Positions 1-6,799 of a stretch of DNA of 29,930 bases are shown here, in pieces. Where the stretch lies: IMG/VR virus record IMGVR_UViG_3300044770_000005, positions 1 through 29,930 of that record, one strand, 5' to 3'. The notes below the pieces were generated by a model, which had not been told where the DNA came from, did not search any database, and saw only the letters and a program-made list of their open reading frames with translations. Source of the stretch: a virus. Its lineage: Duplodnaviria > Caudoviricetes. The translations under genes were made by a program, and so were the position numbers. Position 1 is the first letter of the stretch. Each line of letters begins with the position of its first letter.

Positions 1-189
1 AGCCGCTGCGAGGTGCGCGTCACCACGGCGAGACCGCTGAGCGAGCCGGAGCGCCAGCAGTTCGAGCGCGCGATCCGCCCGTTCATGACCGAGCACGGCG
101 GTGAACTCGAATTTGTTGTCCGCTATACGCCGGGCTATCCGTCCTGGGCTGGGCCAGAACAGCAATTGGCACTGGAGCCGGTGAAGTGA
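1..189 (+). CDS. 3' end of a hypothetical phage protein (truncated by window edge)
   Basis: Frame +1 is open from base 1 (SRCEVRVTTARPLSEPERQQFER...LEPVK) to TGA at 187-189, which overlaps the next GTG start (GTGA). Confidence 0.6.
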   Translation, partial: SRCEVRVTTARPLSEPERQQFERAIRPFMTEHGGELEFVVRYTPGYPSWAGPEQQLALEPVK

Positions 190-953
190 GCGCGTATTAC
201 AACGAGATCGACGTGTATGCCGCTGCGTGGTTGCGCGAATTGATGAAGGCTGGGCTGATTACAGATGGCGAGATCGATACAAGGTCAATCGTTGATGTTC
301 GACCTGACGATTTGCGCGGATTCACCCGCTGTCACTTCTTCGCGGGCATCGGTGGATGGGACTACGCCCTGCAACTCGCCGGCTGGCCCGTCGACTGTCC
401 TGTGTGGACCGGAAGCTGCCCGTGTCAGCCGTTCTCGCAAGGCGGCCTCAATCGCGGTGCCGACGATGCGCGTCATCTCTGGCCTGTCTGGTTCCCGCTC
501 ATCCGCGAGTGCCGTCCTGGAGAGATTTTTGGCGAGCAGGTTAGCGGAGCGCCTGGATATAGCTGGTTTGACCTTGTGGGATGCGACTTGGAGGACATCG
601 ACTACGCCGTTGCGGCGGCAGATTTGCCAAGTGCGTGCATCGATTCGTTCCACGTCAGGCAACGTCTGTGGTGGGCCGCTGCCGATTCCCACGCCTACTG
701 CGTGCGACGGCAAAGGCTCGAGCAGAAATCCCAACCGACGAAAAGAGAAAGTGCGGAACTTCGGCGCAGCGAACTTGAGAGATTGGTGTCGGACGCACGG
801 CGGTTGGCTATACCCGCCGGCAAGTATGGTGCGCTCGCTGATGGAATATCCGGCCGGATGGGACGACTGCGCGGCTACGGCAACGCGATCAATCCGCACG
901 TCGCGGCGGAGTTCATCGCCGCGTACCGAGACGTAACGGAGCATGTCGCATGA
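186..953 (+). CDS. DNA (cytosine-5)-methyltransferase, large (alpha-type) polypeptide
   Basis: Motif I FFAGIGG, catalytic motif IV GSCPCQPFS, motif VI GEQV, motif VIII HVRQRLWW, motif X LRGYGNAI. Motif IX is not evident in this frame. Confidence 0.92.
   Translation: MSAYYNEIDVYAAAWLRELMKAGLITDGEIDTRSIVDVRPDDLRGFTRCHFFAGIGGWDYALQLAGWPVDCPVWTGSCPCQPFSQGGLNRGADDARHLWPVWFPLIRECRPGEIFGEQVSGAPGYSWFDLVGCDLEDIDYAVAAADLPSACIDSFHVRQRLWWAAADSHAYCVRRQRLEQKSQPTKRESAELRRSELERLVSDARRLAIPAGKYGALADGISGRMGRLRGYGNAINPHVAAEFIAAYRDVTEHVA
466..936 (+). CDS. Overprinted small (beta-type) subunit of the C5-methyltransferase carrying motif IX
   Basis: Alternative frame open 265-936, entirely inside the MTase gene. 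It contains PTPTACDGKG and a motif IX-like LYPPASMVRSLMEYPAGW. Same layout as M.EcoHK31I alpha/beta. Start uncertain (ATG at 265, 295 or 466). Confidence 0.7.
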   Translation: MRVISGLSGSRSSASAVLERFLASRLAERLDIAGLTLWDATWRTSTTPLRRQICQVRASIRSTSGNVCGGPLPIPTPTACDGKGSSRNPNRRKEKVRNFGAANLRDWCRTHGGWLYPPASMVRSLMEYPAGWDDCAATATRSIRTSRRSSSPRTET

Positions 954-1315
954 AGCCCGGCTGCCTCTTCGAGCCCGTGCCGAGCCGCGTCGAGATGGCG
1001 CCGGCCAGTCGGGAGAGTTGGACGCGCGTGCTGGAGACGCTGGAGGACCGCCAGTGCGCCGTGCTGTGGGCGATCTACGACGCGCTCGACGATGGCGTCG
1101 AGGACGTGACCGGCGGGGAGCTGGCCGAGCGGATGGGCTGGACGCCGCTCCAGACCCGCCCGCGGTTGACGGAGTTGCACGGGCTGAAGGTGCTCACGCG
1201 GTCACTGCACACACGGCCGTCGAAGGCGCAGGGTGAAGCGCGGTGTCATGCGTATGTGGCTGCTCTGCCGCGATCGGCGGTGCAGCGGTGGCGCGAAGCA
1301 CTCAAGGCGAAGTAA
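950..1315 (+). CDS. Putative winged helix-turn-helix DNA-binding protein
   Basis: VTGGELAERMGWTPLQTRPRLTELHGLKVL is HTH-like. GGAG at 938-941 and ATGA overlap with the MTase stop. Confidence 0.65.
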   Translation: MKPGCLFEPVPSRVEMAPASRESWTRVLETLEDRQCAVLWAIYDALDDGVEDVTGGELAERMGWTPLQTRPRLTELHGLKVLTRSLHTRPSKAQGEARCHAYVAALPRSAVQRWREALKAK

Positions 1316-1330
1316 TAGATTGGAGGACAG

Positions 1331-1699
1331 ATGACTGAGATGACGAAGGGTAATGCGTTTCTCGATGCACTGACGGAGGCCCGCGAAGGCACAGCGCTGG
1401 CGGATCTCCACGCGGCCATCCTGCAATTGGTTGGCGATGTGCGATCGATCGGCAAGAAAGGCACGCTGACCGTGACGCTAAATATCGCGCTTGGCTCAGC
1501 GAACACGTTGGTGCTGACGGACACGATCAAGGTGGTGTCACCGGAACCCAATAAGGAATCGACCATCTTCTACGCGGACGACGCGAACCGCCTCACGCGC
1601 ACAGACCCACGCCAGCCGACGCTCAAGGGTCTGCGCGAAGTGGCGACGTTCGCCCGTCCGATGGCCGTCAATGAAACGACTGGGGAGATCACCGAATGA
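1331..1699 (+). CDS. Conserved phage protein (YfdP-like partner of DUF2303)
   Basis: Strong RBS GGAGGA. Contains GKKGTLTVTL and IFYADDANRLTRTDPRQPTL, typical of the gene upstream of DUF2303. ATGA overlap with the next gene. Confidence 0.7.
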   Translation: MTEMTKGNAFLDALTEAREGTALADLHAAILQLVGDVRSIGKKGTLTVTLNIALGSANTLVLTDTIKVVSPEPNKESTIFYADDANRLTRTDPRQPTLKGLREVATFARPMAVNETTGEITE

Positions 1700-2520
1700 G
1701 CGACATCAACGAAGTATCCACGGAAGCGGTCGCAGTGGCCGAACTCGTACGGCTGGGCGCGCGGCCGTTCGACATCTCAGGCACACCACACGTACTCGTG
1801 CCTGAGGGCGTGACGCTGGAGGACTGCGCGGCGTTTCTCCCGGCGCCTACACGCTTGCAGCAGATCGTTCAGACGGCAGACGCCGCGGCCTTTATCGGCT
1901 ACGTCGGGCAGTTTGGCGACAAGGCGCGCTCGGTAGTGTTCGCCACTCGGCGGCCGGCTGGATTCTCGGCAGTGCTCGACTACCACGCCGCTAGCAACCT
2001 TCCAAGTTGGAACGCGCATCGGGTGAACTTCGTGCCGCTGCAGACGCCATCGTGGGCGGACTGGAATGGCGCGAACAAGCGGCGATTCAACCAGGCGGAC
2101 TTCGCGCAGTTCATCGAGGACCACATCCCCGACATCGCGGAACCGGCCGGGGCGAAACTCCTCGAACTCGCGCGGAACTTCGAAGCGACGAAGGCGGTCA
2201 CGTTCCAGTCACAGCAGCGCGTGGCGGACGGCTCCGTGCAGTTCACGTACAACGAGGACGTGCAGGGCACGCCGCGCTCGGCAGCGATGAAAGTGCCGAC
2301 GGAGATCACGCTGGCCCTCGCGCCGTTTGAAGGGTCGAAAGCCTACAAGGTGACGGCTCGCCTGCGGTACCGGATTGGCGAAGGCGGGAAGTTGGAACTC
2401 TGGTACGACCTGCTCCGCGTGGTGGACGTGCTTGACGCCGCGTTCAATGACGTGCTGGACGACATCAAAAAGGGCACCGCGGATTCTGTCCGCATGGTGC
2501 TACTCGGCTCAATCGCCTAA
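1696..2520 (+). CDS. DUF2303 family protein (YfdQ-like)
   Basis: Motifs AVLDYH, W..HR, FNQADFAQFIEDH, PFEG and ARLRYRI. 274 aa. RBS GGGGAG. Confidence 0.85.
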   Translation: MSDINEVSTEAVAVAELVRLGARPFDISGTPHVLVPEGVTLEDCAAFLPAPTRLQQIVQTADAAAFIGYVGQFGDKARSVVFATRRPAGFSAVLDYHAASNLPSWNAHRVNFVPLQTPSWADWNGANKRRFNQADFAQFIEDHIPDIAEPAGAKLLELARNFEATKAVTFQSQQRVADGSVQFTYNEDVQGTPRSAAMKVPTEITLALAPFEGSKAYKVTARLRYRIGEGGKLELWYDLLRVVDVLDAAFNDVLDDIKKGTADSVRMVLLGSIA

Positions 2521-2521
2521 A

Positions 2522-2619
2522 TCCATTCATTCGGCCGGTGTGCGTGCTGAACCCTTTTGTCTCTTGCAGAACGAAAAGCAGATCAGAAAGACCACGCCAC
2601 CGGCCGGATGAGCGTTGGA
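2522..2619 (+). promoter_or_regulatory. Long imperfect stem-loop filling the leader of the replication initiator gene
   Basis: TCATTCGGCCGGTG (2527-2540) pairs with CACCGGCCGGATGA (2598-2611). Inner pairs are GCGTG/CACGC, CTGA/TCAG and CTTTT/AAAAG. The outer TCCA/TGGA pair overlaps the GGAGG RBS. Confidence 0.6.
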
Positions 2620-2630
2620 GGTGTCATCGA

Positions 2631-3428
2631 ATGAGTACCTACGGAGTCATTTACGACAAGTTCTGGGACGGGGCCAGCGGACTCTGTATCCGTGAACACG
2701 GAGGACGTGCCGGCCAATTGTGCGCCGTCTACCTCCTGAAGAACAGCCAGGACAACATGCTCGGCCTGTATCCGCTGAACCTGCAGATTATGCGCGTCAC
2801 GATCGGCACGTTGAGCGCCAAGGAAATCGAGCGCGGCATCGTGGCCGCCGGCCGGGCGTGTTTTGCTGACTATGACGTGACGACGGGTCACGTCTGGGTG
2901 CGGGAACTTGCGACGTATCGGTTGAACCTGAACGGCGACCCGCTGAAGTCGAGCGACAAGCGTGCAATCGGCGCCGCGAACCTATTCGCCAAGATCAAAT
3001 TGAACCCGTTTTCATCGAAGTTTTACCGCAAGTACAAAGGCCAGATCCCTTCGTTGAAGTCACCAAGGCGCTACGAAGGAACATGGAAGCCCCTTCGAAG
3101 CCCCTTCGATGAGGCTCGGAAGCCAGAAACAGAACCAGTAACAGAAACAGAACCAGTAACAGAAACAGAACCACTACAGCAGATCAAGAGCGAACAGGTA
3201 GATCAAGATCACCGCGCTGACGCGCGGGCCTCGCACGCTGTGCTCGTGAGGCTGGCACACGACGTCTACACCGAGTCGGTCATCGAACCCGACGACATCC
3301 CCTTCAGCGAGCTTTGCGAACGGCTGAAGGAGAAAGCGGCTCACGCGCGGATCGTCTACGACTCCGAAGCCATCCGGAAGGCCCTGGACGTCGTGATCGA
3401 GACACGGGCGAGAAAGCAACCAGCGTAG
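2631..3428 (+). CDS. Phage replication initiator protein
   Basis: N-terminus YGVIYDKFWDG...AVYLLKNSQDNMLGLYPL matches phage initiator N-domains, and the central KPLRSP/ETEPVT linker carries DNA repeats. Start set at ATG 2631 after GGAGG (2617-2621). Confidence 0.75.
   Translation: MSTYGVIYDKFWDGASGLCIREHGGRAGQLCAVYLLKNSQDNMLGLYPLNLQIMRVTIGTLSAKEIERGIVAAGRACFADYDVTTGHVWVRELATYRLNLNGDPLKSSDKRAIGAANLFAKIKLNPFSSKFYRKYKGQIPSLKSPRRYEGTWKPLRSPFDEARKPETEPVTETEPVTETEPLQQIKSEQVDQDHRADARASHAVLVRLAHDVYTESVIEPDDIPFSELCERLKEKAAHARIVYDSEAIRKALDVVIETRARKQPA
3064..3118 (+). repeat. 11-bp iteron-like repeats (GAAGCCCCTTC x2 plus degenerate in-phase copies)
   Basis: GAAGCCCCTTC at 3086-3096 and 3097-3107. In-phase degenerate units CAAGGCGCTAC, GAAGGAACATG and GATGAGGCTCG flank them. 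Confidence 0.7.
3124..3177 (+). repeat. 18-bp A-rich tandem repeat x3 (CAGAAACAGAACCAGTAA), candidate unwinding element of the phage origin
   Basis: Two perfect copies (3124-3141, 3142-3159) and one variant (3160-3177). Strongly strand-asymmetric and A-rich. Encodes ETEPVT repeats. Confidence 0.85.
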
Positions 3429-3468
3429 CTAATTCGAGAGGGGGGCGTCCGGTGCCCCAGCACACACC

Positions 3469-3630
3469 ATGAAGATTTTCGGATTGTCGATTCATCGTGC
3501 GGGCAAGTGCGATCCGCATTGCTGTGCGACGACACCAGACGTGATCTGCGAGAAAGAGCGGTCTTGCTATGAACTGCTGTTCTTGCGAGAAGCGCTAGGC
3601 CGTCCGCTCCCACCGATGCACGTAGGTTGA
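3469..3630 (+). CDS. Possible small Cys-rich protein (53 aa)
   Basis: MKIFGLSIHRAGKCDPHCCATTPDVICEKERSCYELLFLREALGRPLPPMHVG fills the gap between convergent operons. No clear RBS. Confidence 0.25.
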   Translation: MKIFGLSIHRAGKCDPHCCATTPDVICEKERSCYELLFLREALGRPLPPMHVG

Positions 3631-3915
3631 GGCCACGACTTCCTGGCAGGCGGGTGAGCAGTACCGACGCCGGAGATCGTCGCTCAGTGGCCCACCACAG
3701 CCGCGACAGAGGCGGGCCACGCGCTGTTGCCGAACCCTAAGCACGAACGCTCGGTACGCCGCCGTCGCCCGTTGAAAACGCACCACTGAGCCGCCCATGT
3801 CTGGGTGCGCCCGAAACGCCGCTTCCCGTAACGTGTCGTGCTCCTGCATCAGCCGCACGTTCTCCGGCTTGACGTGATGCACCGACCTATCGAGCAGCAC
3901 AACTGCGACCGTCAC
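3595..3915 (-). CDS. Small J-domain (HPD)-like protein with C-terminal Cys4 zinc finger
   Basis: LREAAFRAHPDMGGSVVRFQRATAAY resembles J-domain helix II-HPD-helix III, followed by CRGCG...RRYCSPAC. GTGA overlap with the upstream gene. Confidence 0.7.
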   Translation of the reverse strand: MTVAVVLLDRSVHHVKPENVRLMQEHDTLREAAFRAHPDMGGSVVRFQRATAAYRAFVLRVRQQRVARLCRGCGGPLSDDLRRRYCSPACQEVVASTYVHRWERTA

Positions 3916-4376
3916 CGCTTCGCCATCTCCCAGATCACCATCCCCGCGCAGCAGTTCGGGTCGATCTTTGCCAGTGCGAATTTCGTGAACACCTTCTTGA
4001 GCGACTGATCGTAGCCGTCCGGCAGGTAGGTGATCTGAAAGTCTAGGACTTCGCCCTTACTCACTTCCCATTGCGCGAATCCGTTGAGATCCAGCGTCTT
4101 TGTGCGCCCGCCATCCACAGCGGTCCGAAGGATCACTTTCGCGCGCACGCCGCGATCGGTCGCCGGGTCGATGCCGTAGACACTGGCGCATGTCCGGTGC
4201 GCGTCCGTCACCTTGCACGGAGGCGCATCCCGATTGATCCGCATGTAAGGCGCTTGCCTCGTCGGAAATGACACGCGCCGAATCGGCAGGTTCAAGTGAC
4301 TGATGGCCTGCGACTGATCGCCCGCAGGCATCGGCGGGACTTGGAGAGACAACAGCGCGAGGAGCAGCGCCAGCAT
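3912..4376 (-). CDS. Exported hypothetical protein
   Basis: Hydrophobic N-terminus MLALLLALLSLQ and four Cys residues. Starts 2 nt after the upstream stop. Confidence 0.65.
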   Translation of the reverse strand: MLALLLALLSLQVPPMPAGDQSQAISHLNLPIRRVSFPTRQAPYMRINRDAPPCKVTDAHRTCASVYGIDPATDRGVRAKVILRTAVDGGRTKTLDLNGFAQWEVSKGEVLDFQITYLPDGYDQSLKKVFTKFALAKIDPNCCAGMVIWEMAKR

Positions 4377-4378
4377 GA

Positions 4379-4564
4379 CTATTTCCCCGTCCCGACCGGC
4401 TGCGTGGTCGCGAGTCTCAGCGCGATATCCAGCGCCGACTTCGCAATCGCCGCACCACTGATCGTGGTCACGGTGGGATCGCCCGAGATGGACAGGCCAA
4501 ACAATCCCCCGCCGGCCTGCAGAATGGCGAGCCAGAACGTGCGCGACTTTAGCAATGACTTCAT
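4379..4564 (-). CDS. Small two-helix membrane protein, putative holin
   Basis: KSLLKSRTFWLAIL...IALRLATTQPV pattern of small phage holin-like proteins. Strong RBS GGAGGGA. Lies in the lysis region. Confidence 0.65.
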   Translation of the reverse strand: MKSLLKSRTFWLAILQAGGGLFGLSISGDPTVTTISGAAIAKSALDIALRLATTQPVGTGK

Positions 4565-4565
4565 G

Positions 4566-4781
4566 TCACTTCCCTCCTAATTGATCCATGACCTCGGATG
4601 GTGTGAGCACCACTTGGCGCCCGCGATACCGGATCACGATGTCGTCAATCGCATCGAGCGCGAGTAGAATCTGGCGGCGCAATCCCTGCCCCGCCTGCTC
4701 GGTCGCAATCGCCTTCCCATGCAGAATCGCCGCCCCCGTCATCATCGACAGCACGATCTGTCGCCGTGTGAGTTGCTTCAT
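4566..4781 (-). CDS. Small protein with twin-arginine (Tat)-like signal peptide
   Basis: MKQLTRRQIVLSMMTGAAILHGKAIA has an RR motif, a weakly hydrophobic h-region and an AxA site. RBS AGGAG. Confidence 0.65.
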   Translation of the reverse strand: MKQLTRRQIVLSMMTGAAILHGKAIATEQAGQGLRRQILLALDAIDDIVIRYRGRQVVLTPSEVMDQLGGK

Positions 4782-4787
4782 TGGCTC

Positions 4788-5072
4788 CTACCTCGGCCGG
4801 GGAACAATGGTGGTACACGCTTTTTTGTCCTCATCCGATTTCGCCGTGTTCAAGCAGATCCGCTGGAGCACGCCGTAGAGCGCCCACGACTGATCCTTCT
4901 GGACCTCGAGATCCTGAGAGAACTTGACCGTCGAGGCTTCGATCCGGTCGAGTTTAGGGTTCTGTGCCCACAGCACATAGCCCAAGACCGCCGCGGGGAC
5001 GCCGACAATCGACACGACTTGCGCCCACATCGGCAGGCGTGCAGTCCCGTTCTGTTCCGTCGTCTCCGTCAT
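4788..5072 (-). CDS. Single-pass membrane protein (holin-like or inner-spanin-like)
   Basis: TM segment WAQVVSIVGVPAAVLGYVLW, then a helical region and two Cys. Directly downstream of the peptidoglycan enzyme. RBS GGAG. Confidence 0.65.
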   Translation of the reverse strand: MTETTEQNGTARLPMWAQVVSIVGVPAAVLGYVLWAQNPKLDRIEASTVKFSQDLEVQKDQSWALYGVLQRICLNTAKSDEDKKACTTIVPRPR

Positions 5073-5075
5073 CGA

Positions 5076-5450
5076 TTACGCTCCACGAATGACTTTTAAT
5101 TGACGTTCCCCTGACAGCCACACGGACTGCCGCGCCGGCCGACTGGTGACGACGCATCCGTGGCTTGCCGAGCCAAGCTTCGCGCGTGAATCGCCGTGAA
5201 TCAGGAACCCCGCTCGTCCATGCATCTCGTTTTCTGGAGCCGGCGTCAGTCGCAGGACATACGGCCCATTGTTCGGACTCTCGTACGGCGGGCCAACTTC
5301 GTAGAAGCCGATCGGGATCGGGCCGACGTTGGCCACGTGCTGCAAGTCCGGATTGTTTTTGCCGTCAGCGTGCCCGGCATACGACAGAAATACCGTTTCT
5401 GGATCGGTGTCCTGGTAGAGACGGCCCGAGGACTGCTCGAAGATCCACAT
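5076..5450 (-). CDS. Tlde1/DUF2778-like L,D-transpeptidase-fold peptidoglycan enzyme, putative endolysin
   Basis: YAG..GKNNP....VGPIP.G.Y, LRLTP, GRAGFLIHGD and the catalytic SHGC motif. First gene after the virion genes. Confidence 0.85.
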   Translation of the reverse strand: MWIFEQSSGRLYQDTDPETVFLSYAGHADGKNNPDLQHVANVGPIPIGFYEVGPPYESPNNGPYVLRLTPAPENEMHGRAGFLIHGDSRAKLGSASHGCVVTSRPARQSVWLSGERQLKVIRGA

Positions 5451-5452
5451 AG

Positions 5453-6799
5453 CTACTTCTTCGCCACCAAGACAGGCGCCGCGGGGGCATCCTTCGCGCG
5501 TTCGATCGCGCCGATGGCGGTCAGCATCGTCAGCGCGCCCTGCGTATTCCCAGCCTCGAGCAATGAGGCCAGCTTGTGCTTCGCGCCAGCGCTCGCATAT
5601 CGCGCCGCGTTCGATCGGAGCCCGTGAAGAATCTGCGCCCAGCCCATTGTGCCGATGGCATTGGACTGACCCGGCCGGAGCGCAGACTTTTCCGTGATCT
5701 CTGCCACGTCCGACCAGAAAGAAAAATCCTTATTGGCGGCGGCGACTTGCGGCTGATCTCGCGCGATCGACTTCCGGAGCATGTTCGCCGCTGAGCGGTA
5801 CAGTTCGGCCGTTACGTTCTGCGACGTCGTGTTGGCCGCCTGCCATTTCCCGAGTCGGTCCCACTTCTGTCGGAGATTCCGCATTTCCTCGAAGGGGATG
5901 AAATCACCCGCGCCTTCAAGGGTTTTCTGCATCGCCTCGATCTGCGCGATCTCGCCTTCGGCGCCGGAAATCGGCACCTTGCCGCGCGTGCCTTGCACGA
6001 AGTACTGCTCTTTGAGTCGATCGAGCGTGTTTCTGATAGGACCGGAGGCTAAGGCCCGGTTCGGCGGTACCTGAGCGAGCGCCTGATCCAGCACAACGTT
6101 GGCCTTCTCAAGCGCGGTCGCGGCCTTTTCGGCGGCCCCCGTGGCCGACATGGCGCCGAAGCCTTCGCGCGTCAATCGCGGCGCAACCTCCTTGGCGGTT
6201 CGCAGCGCGGCTTCTGTGGCCGGCCCAGCGCTGCCCGGACGCCCCAACGCCTTCACCATTGATGTTTCCGCGCTCGCCCGTATCTTCGGCGCGATGCGGG
6301 CGGTCACCGCCCCCGCCCCCTTGGGGCCAGCCACCTGTGAGGCCAGCGCCAATGTCTCGCCGATAGCTGATGGCACGTCACCCTCAGCGAGTGCCGAGAA
6401 TGGACGTCCAACAATCGGAATCGTCCCCAGCGCATGACCGATCCCGGCACCGGTGTGTCCCGCCTTGAACGCATCTTCAGCTTTGACGGCTTCGCCCGCG
6501 CTCGCCATCGCTAGCTCAGAGATCAGTTGCTGTTGATGCGCCGGCGACAAGCTCGCCAGTAGGAGCTTGTACGCGCCTTTCGCCATGTTCACGGGATTCC
6601 ATGCGTCAAGCGTGGGGCCGAGAATCCGAGCGACGGCCGTCGGCGGCGCCGCGTTCTCTTCGGCGTCCACGGTCCATCCATGCGGGAGCGGCGGCGGCGT
6701 CGGCGCGCTCCCGGCATTCGGGCCAGCGCCGATACCGCGACCACTTTGCGGAGTCGCGATGGACCACCCCGGCGGTAGTGTCGCTGGCTGCTGTGGCAT
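5453..6799 (-). CDS. DNA ejection (injection) protein, P22 gp16 position
   Basis: Ala/Gly-rich helical protein, third gene of the ejection trio. Start MPQQPATLPPGW overlaps the upstream stop (TAATG at 6801-6797). Confidence 0.65.
   Translation of the reverse strand: MPQQPATLPPGWSIATPQSGRGIGAGPNAGSAPTPPPLPHGWTVDAEENAAPPTAVARILGPTLDAWNPVNMAKGAYKLLLASLSPAHQQQLISELAMASAGEAVKAEDAFKAGHTGAGIGHALGTIPIVGRPFSALAEGDVPSAIGETLALASQVAGPKGAGAVTARIAPKIRASAETSMVKALGRPGSAGPATEAALRTAKEVAPRLTREGFGAMSATGAAEKAATALEKANVVLDQALAQVPPNRALASGPIRNTLDRLKEQYFVQGTRGKVPISGAEGEIAQIEAMQKTLEGAGDFIPFEEMRNLRQKWDRLGKWQAANTTSQNVTAELYRSAANMLRKSIARDQPQVAAANKDFSFWSDVAEITEKSALRPGQSNAIGTMGWAQILHGLRSNAARYASAGAKHKLASLLEAGNTQGALTMLTAIGAIERAKDAPAAPVLVAKK

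Noticed and set aside
285-944. 219-aa minus-strand ORF over the methyltransferase
   Set aside because: It is the antisense mirror of the overprinted plus-strand frame and has no recognisable motifs.
943-1236. 97-aa alternative ORF after the MTase
   Set aside because: The GGAG at 938-941 is correctly spaced for ATG 950, not 943, and the product is low-complexity.
3124-3177. Tandem repeat considered as a mini-CRISPR array
   Set aside because: There are no spacers and no cas genes, and the repeat is in-frame within a CDS.
3442-3458. GC hairpin as an intrinsic terminator between convergent operons
   Set aside because: There is no U-tract on either strand, so I did not call it a terminator.
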